From NCBI GenBank assembly GCA_965116885.1, contig OZ220741.1, positions 1,504,001 to 1,568,000 of the forward strand: DNA of 64,000 nucleotides, read 5' to 3'. The translations under genes and the position numbers were made by a program. The notes below the pieces were generated by a model. It did not search any database and was not told the origin of the DNA. It was given only the letters and a program-made list of their open reading frames with translations. Every line of letters starts with the position of its first letter. Within the stretch, counting starts at the first letter, position 1. This document shows positions 32,108 to 41,665 of this stretch, piece after piece. Source of the stretch: Candidatus Latescibacterota bacterium (lineage in GTDB: Bacteria > Latescibacterota > UBA2968).

Positions 32108-34036
32108 TTATGCCAGGGCCGCCTGGAGTCCAGGGACCTGGTCCGCGCCCTCTGGCACCTGAATTTTCGATCCTTGAAAGTCCTCTCCGACTGGTTCAAA
32201 CTGTCCGCCCAGGTGCTCGGACAAGAACGCCTCGGCGACGGCGTAAAACGATAAGCGATTTTCCGGCCGTGCGAATCCGTGCCCTTCGTCCGGATAAAGC
32301 ACGTAGGTCACGGGGATGTTTTTTTGTTTCATCGCCTCGACGATTTGATCGGATTCGACTTGCTTGACGCGCGGGTCGTTGGCACCTTGGCCGATCAGCA
32401 GAGGCCGCTGGATCTGATCTACACGCGCAAGCGGTGATTTGGCGAGCAAGGATTCCTGCCCCTCCTCTGTTGTCCAGTCACCTACGCGATCTTTCATCAT
32501 CGGCAGGATCGGAACCCAATAAGGCGGCACGTTTTGTAGTAACGTGACGAGGTTGCTCGGACCGACGATATCGACGCCGCAGACGAATGTCTCGGGCGTG
32601 AAGGTCAATCCGACCAGGGTCGCGTATCCGCCGTAGCTGCCGCCCATTATCGCCACCTGGTCGCGTTGCGTGATCTTTTCATGGACTGCCCAGTTGACAG
32701 CGTCAATCAGGTCGTCGTGCATTTTGCCGGTCCACTCGCCATTGCCGGCGTTGGTGAATTTCTTGCCGAAGCCGGTTGAGCCGCGGAAGTTGACGCTCAG
32801 CACGGCGTAACCGCGGTTTGACAGCCATTGATGCTGCGGATCGTAGCCCCAGATGTCGCGTCCCCAGGGACCCCCGTGAACCAGCAAGACCAACGGGACC
32901 GGATTGCTCGGCCGAGCATCGCCGTCGGGAGTGCTATCGGGGGGGAGCGTCAGATAGCTGATCAGGTTCCACCCGTCGCGGGATTTGATGGTCAGCGAAT
33001 GCATCCTGGCCAGTTGGTACTCGTCCAGGTCCGTGCGGTTGCTAAACAGGTAAGTCGCCTGTTTTCTGGCGCGGTCGTACAGGTAGTATTTGACCGGTCC
33101 GTTGTCCAGGACGTAAGCCGCCGTCCACAAGCGGTCGTCGAGCGTGCGGCTGGTGATGGACAATTCGCCGTCTTCCACCGAGTGCAAGTAATCCATGTCC
33201 TCTTGTATCGCCGGGTCCAGCACGTGCCAGCGGTTGCGGTCGTAAATGAACGATACGGCTTGTACGTGTTTCTCTGTCGGATGAACCAATATCCCGCCCA
33301 CATCTGCGTGGTCGTCCTCGGCCACCAGTTCTTGTTTGCCGGACGCCAGGTCGAGGGTGAACAAGGCGGCTGTGTTTCGCTTGCGGCTGTCGATCAGATA
33401 GAGGATCTGGTTTGATTTGTCAAAGCCGGTCAGATAGGTCGTCAGGGCGTCGGTGTTGGGAACCTCTATGAAGGGTTGCCACTGGTTGTTCTCGTCCCAT
33501 TGGAGGATCTCCTGTCCCCCGGTCGGCGAAAACGTCATGGCAAAACGCGTGCGGTCGTCGTTGTCGAACAAGTAAGAGACAAAGCCCGGATTCTCTTCGA
33601 TCAGGGTCCGCTCGCCGGTGGAAAGCGCGATTCGATAGACGTCGTGTAGTTGTGGATTGCGGTTGTTGATGCCGATCAGGATTTCGTTGGGTGTCTTTTC
33701 ATTGACTGAGAGAATCTGCGCGTTGACTTTTTCAAAGGGCGTCAGGTCTCGGGTCTCGCCCGTGGCGATATTCGTCGCGTACACGTGCCAGTCTTCGTCG
33801 CCTTTGGCATCCTGGTAGTACAGGATGTGCTGACCGTCATAGGTCCAGTCGTAGTAGCGGATGCCGCGTTCCTCGTCTTTGGTGATCGGCTTGGCTGAGT
33901 CGGGATTTTCTACTGTGGCGACCCAGACGTTCAAGACGCCCTCTACTGGCGCGAGGTAGCTCAGGTACTCGCCGTCGGGACTGATCCGAGCCATGGTTTT
34001 TTCTGGGTTGCCGAATAGCACTTGTCTGGGAATCAA
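32108..34036 (-). CDS. S9 family peptidase (dipeptidyl aminopeptidase/acylaminoacyl peptidase)
   Basis: VHGGPW, NFRGSTGFG, GGSYGGY, GANDPRV, DEGHGF; TTG start after AAGGAG. Confidence 0.95.
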   Translation of the reverse strand: MIPRQVLFGNPEKTMARISPDGEYLSYLAPVEGVLNVWVATVENPDSAKPITKDEERGIRYYDWTYDGQHILYYQDAKGDEDWHVYATNIATGETRDLTPFEKVNAQILSVNEKTPNEILIGINNRNPQLHDVYRIALSTGERTLIEENPGFVSYLFDNDDRTRFAMTFSPTGGQEILQWDENNQWQPFIEVPNTDALTTYLTGFDKSNQILYLIDSRKRNTAALFTLDLASGKQELVAEDDHADVGGILVHPTEKHVQAVSFIYDRNRWHVLDPAIQEDMDYLHSVEDGELSITSRTLDDRLWTAAYVLDNGPVKYYLYDRARKQATYLFSNRTDLDEYQLARMHSLTIKSRDGWNLISYLTLPPDSTPDGDARPSNPVPLVLLVHGGPWGRDIWGYDPQHQWLSNRGYAVLSVNFRGSTGFGKKFTNAGNGEWTGKMHDDLIDAVNWAVHEKITQRDQVAIMGGSYGGYATLVGLTFTPETFVCGVDIVGPSNLVTLLQNVPPYWVPILPMMKDRVGDWTTEEGQESLLAKSPLARVDQIQRPLLIGQGANDPRVKQVESDQIVEAMKQKNIPVTYVLYPDEGHGFARPENRLSFYAVAEAFLSEHLGGQFEPVGEDFQGSKIQVPEGADQVPGLQAALA

Positions 34037-34060
34037 TTTGGTATCTCCTTTTAGTTTTGC

Positions 34061-35290
34061 TTAAGACCAACCGCGCACCATATACGCCTGTAATATGCCG
34101 CTTTCATCGGAGTTGAAGAAGCCCGATTGTCCATCCGGAGAGAGGAAGGGGTGGATGTGCGTGTGTTTTTGCCAGGACGATCCGGGGTCCGCGACTTTCC
34201 GCGCGTTTGCGAGCGCGCCTTCCTCTTCTTCGGGGAGGTCGAATAGCCAGACTGCTCCGCCCGCATCTATTGGACCTGCGTCTGTGATTAGTCGTTTCCC
34301 GTCAATGTCTGTTGCGAAGTGGCAGAAGTCGGGCGTGTCGAAGGATCGGGACAGGTCGTTTCGCCAGCCGCCCGGGGTGTTGATGCCTTCGTCTCCGACG
34401 TGAGGCGCGGCGCGTCCGGAGATGAGTTGTCTTTCAGCGGGTTCGCGCGTGCTCGTGCTGGTGATGGCGATGTCGCTTTGTCCCTGCCAGCATTGATGCC
34501 CCTGACAGAATTCGTTTCCGTCTCGTCCCCAGGGAAAGTCGCGCAGTGCCGTGCCGTCGTCGCGGATCAGGTGGATGTCTGCGCCCTGTCCGCTGACGAG
34601 TGTTTCTACGCTGCCGTCGGGTGATGCGGTGTTTCCGTGGTTTTCCTGGATCATGATGTCGTGGGAGGCGACAGGGTCTGTCTGGCGCGTGTATTGTGGG
34701 TGGATGTTGCACCAGGAGGGTCCGTGAAAGATCAGGCGTACGGATGGTTTTTCAATTTCAAAGACGAGGAGGCCCCATGGCGCGCCTGCGGTTTTGCCGT
34801 CGCCGAGGAATCCCGAGATTGCGATGCGCTTGCCGTCGGATGAGATTGTGGAGAGGGGATACGGTCGGCTCAACCTGAAGTCGGTGTCGGATATGGGGTG
34901 ATCCAGGACATAGATGGTGTCGCGTTCTGTTCCGTCCATTTTGACGCGTTTGAGCGTCAAGCGTCCGCCCCCGGGTTCTGTTTCGTTGACGAAGTAGTAG
35001 AGCCATTCGCCATCGGGCGAGATGGATGGTCCGGTTGTTCCGAGTTCGGTGGTGATTGGCGTTAAGCTGCAATGATCCTCCAGGTCGCAGATGAGGAACT
35101 GATGCTCGGGGTCCTTTGGGTCGGAGCCGTGGGGATGTGCAGACCGGTGAATGATTAGCCGCTGAGAGTCGGGCGTGAAGATCTGCGCTTCCATGTAGAT
35201 GTGTGATGAAGGGACCGATTCATCCGTGAGCTGGATGACTTCGAGGTTGTTCCGCTCGGTCTCCGGGACGAGGTCGGGTCGGATTTTCAT
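34061..35290 (-). CDS. Oligogalacturonate lyase-like (PL22) beta-propeller
   Basis: SHIYMEAQIFTPDS, GHQCW, CHF, HIHPFLSPDG..FNSD.SG. Confidence 0.75.
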   Translation of the reverse strand: MKIRPDLVPETERNNLEVIQLTDESVPSSHIYMEAQIFTPDSQRLIIHRSAHPHGSDPKDPEHQFLICDLEDHCSLTPITTELGTTGPSISPDGEWLYYFVNETEPGGGRLTLKRVKMDGTERDTIYVLDHPISDTDFRLSRPYPLSTISSDGKRIAISGFLGDGKTAGAPWGLLVFEIEKPSVRLIFHGPSWCNIHPQYTRQTDPVASHDIMIQENHGNTASPDGSVETLVSGQGADIHLIRDDGTALRDFPWGRDGNEFCQGHQCWQGQSDIAITSTSTREPAERQLISGRAAPHVGDEGINTPGGWRNDLSRSFDTPDFCHFATDIDGKRLITDAGPIDAGGAVWLFDLPEEEEGALANARKVADPGSSWQKHTHIHPFLSPDGQSGFFNSDESGILQAYMVRGWS

Positions 35291-36018
35291 TTTTTGTTTT
35301 CCTTTGTATAGGTATGCGCGAGGTCGTCCTTTGGTTCCCATCCCAGAATACGCTTTGCTTTTTCGTTTGAGAATTTCTGGTGCGGTCGGTTTGCAAAGAT
35401 GTTGAAGACTTCACATTGCGATGGCAGGGTTTTGAGGTCGATGGTCAGGCCCGGTAAGAACGCGGCTGCTGCATCTCGCCAGGTTACGAGGAATGGGCGG
35501 TTTAGACCGGGTCTCGACAGGTCGTCGTGATAGCAGAAGATGTAGAATAAGTAACACAGTACATAGACATCGCTCTGCTCGGCAAAGATTCGGCAGATTT
35601 CTTGTCCCAGGCCCTTGGATAGGGCGTATAGATTTGTGCTGGGTTTGGGGGGGACATCGGGACCGATGTTGTGATCCAATGCCTCGTAGGGTGCGCCCTG
35701 TACGGTGAAGTGCGGTCCTGTGTTGATGACCCGCGGGATCCCTTGTTCAACTGCTGCGCGCATGATGTTGTAGCATCCCAGGGTGTTGACATCAAAGGCG
35801 ATCTGTCGGTGGGGACGCAAGACGGATAGGTTGATGATTGCGTCCATGCCCTCTGCTGCGCGCGTGACCGCATCGGGGTCTGATACATCTACGATCATCA
35901 TTTCGTGTGGGGTGTCATAAGGCTCCAGGTCGGTCAAACGCAGATCTACATGTCCTTCCAGTGCTTTGACTACGTGCGGTCCCAACTGGCCATTGCTTCC
36001 GTAGATTACGACTTTCAT
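35287..36018 (-). CDS. NAD-dependent epimerase/dehydratase (uronate dehydrogenase-like)
   Basis: VIYGSNGQLG, YALSK. Confidence 0.85.
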   Translation of the reverse strand: MKVVIYGSNGQLGPHVVKALEGHVDLRLTDLEPYDTPHEMMIVDVSDPDAVTRAAEGMDAIINLSVLRPHRQIAFDVNTLGCYNIMRAAVEQGIPRVINTGPHFTVQGAPYEALDHNIGPDVPPKPSTNLYALSKGLGQEICRIFAEQSDVYVLCYLFYIFCYHDDLSRPGLNRPFLVTWRDAAAAFLPGLTIDLKTLPSQCEVFNIFANRPHQKFSNEKAKRILGWEPKDDLAHTYTKENKK

Positions 36019-36059
36019 GTTCTTCTCCAAAAAATTATTGTTTTGCAATAGCTTACGGT

Positions 36060-36083
36060 GGCGGGTTGGGAAACCCGCCCTAC
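36060..36083 (-). repeat. GTAG-type REP element (second class)
   Basis: Minus strand GTAG-GGCGGGTT-TCCC-AACCCGCC, intergenic. Confidence 0.75.
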
Positions 36084-36121
36084 GTTTCTTTCGTCTATAA
36101 TCCCTACAGGTTCGGGTGCTT

Positions 36122-36766
36122 CTAAAGTCCCAGTGTTTGCTTTGCCTGGGCTGTGGGGAACCGGGCATTTTCAACGTCTGATTGTACGTGCAATACCTGC
36201 CACATGGGTCCGTTTGTCGCGAGTGCTTTTCCGATGGCTTTTACTGCGTCTTCTGTTGTCAATGCTGTGTCGCCGTCGCCGTCTATGTCTCCGAATCGCA
36301 AGCAGGTTACGCGGACTGAGTGCTCTCGCGCAAATTCTCGGCAGGTAAATTCACCCAGGTAGCGCGCCATGGGACCCGATTCTGTTGTGGGTCTCGGTGC
36401 CCAGACTTCTGTGACGTTCCAGTTGGGGTCGCAGGACGCGAATAGGCTGAGGGAACTGACATAGATGACGTGGGGGACGTTTTTCTCCCGTGCCGCGTGC
36501 ATGATGTTGTAAGTACATCGGGTTTGAAAGTCTATTTCCCGTTCGTCATTTTTCAGTTCTTCGGGCAGTTCCGCGAGATGCACGATGGCGTCCATACCCT
36601 GTACGAGGGCTTCTGTTTCTCCTTCGTGCCCGAGTTCGCATTTAACAAAGTCGCAATCTGTCTCTACTTCCACGAGATCTGTCAGGACGACTTCGTGCTC
36701 TTTCGACAGATCCGCTGATAGTGCCCGGGATAGTGCTGTTTTGCCCGAGGTGATCAATACGTTCAT
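36122..36766 (-). CDS. NAD-dependent epimerase-like protein, degenerate motifs
   Basis: VLITSGKT, DAIVHLA, IYVSS, CLRFG; canonical YxxxK not seen. Confidence 0.75.
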   Translation of the reverse strand: MNVLITSGKTALSRALSADLSKEHEVVLTDLVEVETDCDFVKCELGHEGETEALVQGMDAIVHLAELPEELKNDEREIDFQTRCTYNIMHAAREKNVPHVIYVSSLSLFASCDPNWNVTEVWAPRPTTESGPMARYLGEFTCREFAREHSVRVTCLRFGDIDGDGDTALTTEDAVKAIGKALATNGPMWQVLHVQSDVENARFPTAQAKQTLGL

Positions 36767-36782
36767 GGTTTGCTCCTGTTTT

Positions 36783-37633
36783 TTATCCTGCGTACCGTCC
36801 GATATTTGCTTCGTCGTAGTATTTATTCACATTTGGTATTTCGCGCATGCCGTGCCAGACGCCGCGGAACAGGGTTTGTCGCTTTGGGGGCATGGCGGCA
36901 ATGACTTCAGGTGGCGGGCACCCTTTGCCCCATTTTGCATTTACGGTGTTGTAACAGGTGAATAGGCTCAACCTATCCCATTCTTCGTTGCCCCATTTTG
37001 TGCCGGTATGACACAGGGCTTCGGTGAAGATCAGTGCGGATCCCGCGGCGCAGGAATACGTGTCCCACAGGTCGCTTTCGCGTCCGCTGAGGGTTTCGGG
37101 TCGCGGGAATGCGGCTTTGTGACTGCCCGATAAGAACATGGTGCCGTCGCCTTCTCGCACTTCGTTCAATTCCCAGACGACGCGGATCAATCCCGCGTGA
37201 ATTTTCCCCGGTTGCATCTGATAGATGTGCGAGTTGCCGCAGAAGTTGAAGTATCCACCCCCGCCATGGGGTCGGAAGTTGTCGTGACCGGCTTGTCGAT
37301 GACTGGTGTACGTATGGTCGAACCGAAATCCGTAGCAGTCTTCGGTTGCCAGTCTCTGATGTGAGATGATTTCGTTTAATACGCCGACCACAGCCGGGTG
37401 GTCGAGTAGGATTTGCGATGCGCCGCCGTGATTGTCGCGTTCATCAGGGAGCATGAGTCGCGTTCGTACAGAAATTTCATCTGGTGTTCGCGCACGGGTA
37501 TGAGTTCTTCTTCACTGAGCAAGCCGGGCAGACAGACCCATCCCTTCAGGTCAAACCGGTATTTCTGCTCTTCACTCATGGGCACGATGGGTAAGCCGTC
37601 GGCATTGGTCGTGGGTAGTAATGAGTTAGACAT
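36783..37633 (-). pseudogene. PhyH family dioxygenase split by a 1-nt frameshift (or sequence error)
   Basis: N-part QKYRFDLKGW (37633 to about 37455) and C-part LLDHP..LSGSHKA..FTEALCH lie in different frames. Confidence 0.75.
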
Positions 37634-37654
37634 AAAAACACTCCTGAGAAATGG

Positions 37655-38644
37655 TTATATCCTCAACAATTCCTTCCACTGATCCTCATCTACGAGCACG
37701 CCTTTCTCCTCGCTCTCGCGTCGTGTCCGCAACATGCCTTCGCCGGGATAGCGCGCGGATTCGTGAACTTCATGCAGGTCGTCAATGATGCCGTTTACAA
37801 TGCGTTCACACAGTTCACGTCCGTTTAGTGATGTGACGTCAATTGCAATATAGGTTTGCGATACGGCGTGTTCATCGCCCTGGGCACCGATGTCGTGCGT
37901 TGTTTGACCGGCTGATAATAGCGCGGCGAGGGTGTCGAGTACAATTGCGAGTGCCGATCCTTTCCAGTAGCCTATTGGGAGGGCGCGTTTTGAATCGAGG
38001 ATGGCGCCGGGGTCGCAGGTCAGATTGCCCTCTGTGTCAAATCCGCCGGCGATGGGCAGGGTTTCTCCTCGCGCTTGCAAGACTTCCAGTTTGCCATTGG
38101 AATACTGGCTCATCGCCATGTCCAGGAGGATGTGTCCCTCTTTTCTCGGGATGGCCATTGTCATGGGATTGTTTCCAATGCGTTTTTCCGTTGCGCCCCA
38201 GGGCGGCATGAGTGGGGTTGTGTTGGTCCAGCACATGCCGATGCATCCCGCGTCGGCGGCTTGCAGGCCATAAGCTCCGGCGCGCATCCAGTGGTTTGTG
38301 TTGCGCAAGCCTATGCATCCCATGCCGTTTGCTTTTGCGATTTCGATTGCGCGTCCCATTGCGAGATGGGCATTGACCAGCCCGATTCCCATTTTGCCAT
38401 CCCATTGTTCTAAGACGCCGAGTGCTTTTACGCATTCGGGTTCGGCAGTGCCGTCTAATCGCCCTTCGCGCAGTTTTGCCAGTAGTCCGGGAAATCGGTT
38501 CAGGCCATGGGAATAGACGCCGTCGCGCTGATTTTCTGCGAATAATCGCCCGCATAATTCCGCGCGGTCCTGTGACAATTTTCCTTTCAGGAGTGCCGCG
38601 ACAAATGCGTCTTTTAATTTATTAAAAGGAACCCGTGTTTGCAT
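37655..38644 (-). CDS. yiaK: 2,3-diketo-L-gulonate reductase (3-dehydro-L-gulonate 2-dehydrogenase)
   Basis: GVYSHGLNRF, LRNTNHWMR, GNNP, DMAMSQYS, IGYWKGS. Confidence 0.92.
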   Translation of the reverse strand: MQTRVPFNKLKDAFVAALLKGKLSQDRAELCGRLFAENQRDGVYSHGLNRFPGLLAKLREGRLDGTAEPECVKALGVLEQWDGKMGIGLVNAHLAMGRAIEIAKANGMGCIGLRNTNHWMRAGAYGLQAADAGCIGMCWTNTTPLMPPWGATEKRIGNNPMTMAIPRKEGHILLDMAMSQYSNGKLEVLQARGETLPIAGGFDTEGNLTCDPGAILDSKRALPIGYWKGSALAIVLDTLAALLSAGQTTHDIGAQGDEHAVSQTYIAIDVTSLNGRELCERIVNGIIDDLHEVHESARYPGEGMLRTRRESEEKGVLVDEDQWKELLRI

Positions 38645-38675
38645 CTGATTTTTCCTTATTTAAGCATGGATTATC

Positions 38676-38748
38676 GTAGGGGACGGCCCCCGTGCCGTCC
38701 CGCTTGTCGTTGTTCTATGACGGGCGGGCACAGGGGCACCGCCCCTAC
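38676..38748. repeat. Inverted REP doublet (REPIN/BIME-like)
   Basis: GTAGGGGACGGCCCCCGTGCCGTCCC-N20-GGGCGGGCACAGGGGCACCGCCCCTAC. Confidence 0.88.
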
Positions 38749-38751
38749 ATG

Positions 38752-39687
38752 TTACGCAATATCCCCAAATTTCCGATACAGGTCCTCTTCCAGCAAGGCG
38801 GCACCTGCTCGCGCATTGTCTATTACTTGTTCGACTTTTGTTGCGCCGGGGATGACGACGGGATTGGATTTGTGGGAGATGACATACCGGAGAGCGGTTT
38901 CCACGAGCTTTGAATCATCTCCAATAGCTTCTTTGATCGCTTCCAGCTTGTCCAGCATGTCTTCGTATTCTTCGCGGTCGGATTGTCCCGGGTTCCAGTC
39001 GTCGCGCACGGTGTCGCCAAATACGCTTTCGCGGTTGTATTTGCCGGATAAGACGCCCTTGGCCAATGGGCCTCGCACGAGGATGCCCAGGTTTTTTTCT
39101 GTGCAATAATCGAGAAATCCCGCTTCTGGTTCGCGATTGATCAGTGAGTAATCCACTTCTACTACGGCGCAGGCGCCGTTTGATAGTTCGTAGAAGTTTT
39201 TCAGGACATCCAGGCTATTTGTCGAAATGCCATAGGTGCGGACAAAACCCTCTTGGCACAGGGTATTAAAGCCTTCAATGTACACGGTTGGGTCTTCAAT
39301 GCTACCTTCATGGCATAACATGACGTCGATTCGGTCGGTTTGCATGCGGCCCAGACATGCATGTCCGCACAGGCGAATGGCATCAGCGCCTGTTTTTGGC
39401 ACAGGCGCCCCGGTGCGACTTCCCCAGTTGCCGATTTTGCTCACGATGATCAGTTTGTCGCGCATTGAAGGTGTCAGGGTTTTGCCGATGCGCAATTCGC
39501 TCATGCCGTTGGGGATGCCATAAGATTCGGCGGCGTCCAGCAGGTTCATGCCATTGTCAATCGCGGCTAATATAATATCGGTTGCCTCCTGATCGCTCAA
39601 CTCGCCCCACTGGTTGCCCAGGTTCCAGGTTCCCAATCCTACGACGGAAACACGCCACCCGGTTTTGCCAAATGTTCGATAGATCAT
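38752..39687 (-). CDS. Aldo/keto reductase
   Basis: GLGTW, DAAESYG, SKIG, YGIS, PLAKGVL, VIPGA. Confidence 0.9.
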   Translation of the reverse strand: MIYRTFGKTGWRVSVVGLGTWNLGNQWGELSDQEATDIILAAIDNGMNLLDAAESYGIPNGMSELRIGKTLTPSMRDKLIIVSKIGNWGSRTGAPVPKTGADAIRLCGHACLGRMQTDRIDVMLCHEGSIEDPTVYIEGFNTLCQEGFVRTYGISTNSLDVLKNFYELSNGACAVVEVDYSLINREPEAGFLDYCTEKNLGILVRGPLAKGVLSGKYNRESVFGDTVRDDWNPGQSDREEYEDMLDKLEAIKEAIGDDSKLVETALRYVISHKSNPVVIPGATKVEQVIDNARAGAALLEEDLYRKFGDIA

Positions 39688-40832
39688 TCTTGTCTCCTGT
39701 TTTTATTTTTCCACATGGGATAATCCTTTTCCAAAATTCGCGCAGGCCAGTATCCGTACCACGCATATCCGGTTCGCCTTTCCAGGGCGACCTGTGATAG
39801 AGAATAGACTTTGTTGCCGTCCCGGTTGGCCATGAAGGGGCGGTTTGTACCTATTTCGTGAAAGCGCGCCCACAAAGGCGGGGCGTCCGGGTCTTTGACA
39901 ACGATCAGGTCTGTGGTCGCGGTGTGATTTCTGAAGCGCGTGGGAGATATTTCGATGCGTTTTAGTCGAATGCCTTCTATTTTTGCGTTGTGAAACCATT
40001 GTACCGCACTTTCAATTGCGTCTATTATTTCGGGGCTTGGATTTTCAATACGCATTAAAAAATGCACGATCTTCGCCGTTTGTCCCGCTGTAATAGACGG
40101 CAATTCATAGGTGCGCGCTTTTACGGGTTTATAAGTTGTATGGTCGTGTTGTTGACACCATCCCGTTTTTTTGCCTTTGACGACGATCTGACATTTCAGG
40201 GTTACAGCAATCGCCCGGTGCAGTGCGGCTCTGGCTTTGGTGTGCAGTTCATCACTTGCCCATGCAAATTGAGGCTTGCGGTCTGCGATATCTTTCAACA
40301 GGGTCATTATGCCAATCATGACGCCATCATTATATGTAATGGCATCTACATCCCAACCACGCCATCCACCTGTGGGGTGTTGCTCTCGGAATATATAGTC
40401 CAGCCCCCGTTCGACTGCATTGCGATATCGCGTCAGGTCAGTCGCAACGTACACATTTGCCAGATAATCGATCTGTGAGAACGTGTTGTGATTGTCAAAT
40501 GTGCTGACCATCCGCCGTTCGCCTTTGATCGCTCTGACTGTGTCGGGGTCGATCTGCGCCTGCCAATCTACATTGTTGGGCCAGCCACCATCTGCGTTCT
40601 GGTAAGCGAGCATGTTTTCGGCAATATGGACAATTTGCGAGGGATCGTACATCGGATCGTTGCGGTCGCGTCCGTATCGCTTGCGCCAGTGACTCATCCC
40701 ATCTCGCAATGGGTGAAGGTCAATGGCTTGATATGTTTGCGCTTTGGCTGTTTCAATCCTGTCATTGGCTTGACAAAGCCCAATAGCGAGAAAATAGAAG
40801 ATTAAAAATAGGCAAAGTTTCATCTTTTTCAT
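39684..40832 (-). CDS. Secreted pectate lyase, PL10 (PelA-type)
   Basis: Signal peptide; YQNADGGWP, TFDN, ITYND, WCQQHD, ARTYEL, ERRTGYAWY. Confidence 0.9.
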   Translation of the reverse strand: MKKMKLCLFLIFYFLAIGLCQANDRIETAKAQTYQAIDLHPLRDGMSHWRKRYGRDRNDPMYDPSQIVHIAENMLAYQNADGGWPNNVDWQAQIDPDTVRAIKGERRMVSTFDNHNTFSQIDYLANVYVATDLTRYRNAVERGLDYIFREQHPTGGWRGWDVDAITYNDGVMIGIMTLLKDIADRKPQFAWASDELHTKARAALHRAIAVTLKCQIVVKGKKTGWCQQHDHTTYKPVKARTYELPSITAGQTAKIVHFLMRIENPSPEIIDAIESAVQWFHNAKIEGIRLKRIEISPTRFRNHTATTDLIVVKDPDAPPLWARFHEIGTNRPFMANRDGNKVYSLSQVALERRTGYAWYGYWPARILEKDYPMWKNKNRRQE

Positions 40833-41236
40833 CCATCCTCTCGATAGCCCAATACGACGAGCAGACATGAGCCATCGCCGATGACCGAAAGCCCCAATTT
40901 TTCTCCCGTTGATATCGCTTTTGCGCTCTCAGCACCGGGTTGCATCCACACATGTTGAATGCCCGCTTCGCGAGCTTGAGGGATTATGGTTTCTGTCACA
41001 GGGGGCGGTGTGATGATTGAGATGCCGTGAACGGGTTCGGGGAGTGAATTCAGGTCGGGGAAACAGGGTTGTCCCTCGATTTCTGTCTCTTTGGGATTTA
41101 CGGGATAAGCGGTCAATCCGTTCTGTAGATAGCACCGCAAGATCTTGTTGCCGTATTTTGCCCGGTCTCGCGATGCGCCGACAACGCCGAATGCTTTTCC
41201 TTTGAGAAATTCGTCAATTCGTTTTGGGATTGTCAT
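40829..41236 (-). CDS. CoA-binding protein (YccU-like)
   Basis: VVGAS, YPVNP, VWMQPGA. Confidence 0.92.
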   Translation of the reverse strand: MTIPKRIDEFLKGKAFGVVGASRDRAKYGNKILRCYLQNGLTAYPVNPKETEIEGQPCFPDLNSLPEPVHGISIITPPPVTETIIPQAREAGIQHVWMQPGAESAKAISTGEKLGLSVIGDGSCLLVVLGYREDG

Positions 41237-41414
41237 GCAAGCCTCATTGATTTAATGGTATTGAGGAAGTCAACGGCCATGTTTTAAGATATTCGAAATA
41301 TAGCAGAAAATCCACGTTGAAAAAGGGTGCTGTCTTAAAATTTTACGTGTATAGCAAAATAAAAAATTGAGGATCAAACGTCCCTAAATAGTGTATCGAT
41401 CATTCCTGATGATA

Positions 41415-41444
41415 GCGACATATCGTTTTTTCGCGACATATCGC
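41415..41444. promoter_or_regulatory. Putative enhancer (bEBP) binding sites
   Basis: Direct repeat GCGACATATCG x2 about 140-170 bp upstream of a sigma54 promoter. Confidence 0.55.
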
Positions 41445-41554
41445 TATTTTTATATAACCTGTTGTAATAAAAAAAATTATGCATCATTTCGGTTGGTTTT
41501 TTATGATATATCGTGAAAATTATGAAATTTAGAAAAATTAAAAATGTTCAATAA

Positions 41555-41567
41555 AATCAATATGTTA
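41555..41567 (+). promoter_or_regulatory. IHF site
   Basis: AATCAATATGTTA matches WATCAA-N4-TTR in AT-rich DNA. Confidence 0.6.
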
Positions 41568-41583
41568 TATAAATAATTAGAGT

Positions 41584-41598
41584 TGGCACGGATATTGC
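41584..41598 (+). promoter_or_regulatory. sigma54 (-24/-12) promoter
   Basis: TGGCACGGATATTGC, exact consensus. Confidence 0.8.
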
Positions 41599-41665
41599 TC
41601 CTTTCAAATAGTCTGTAGTAGCTATGCCAGTTAATCTATCTACACTATCTCAGGAGGGAGATAAT

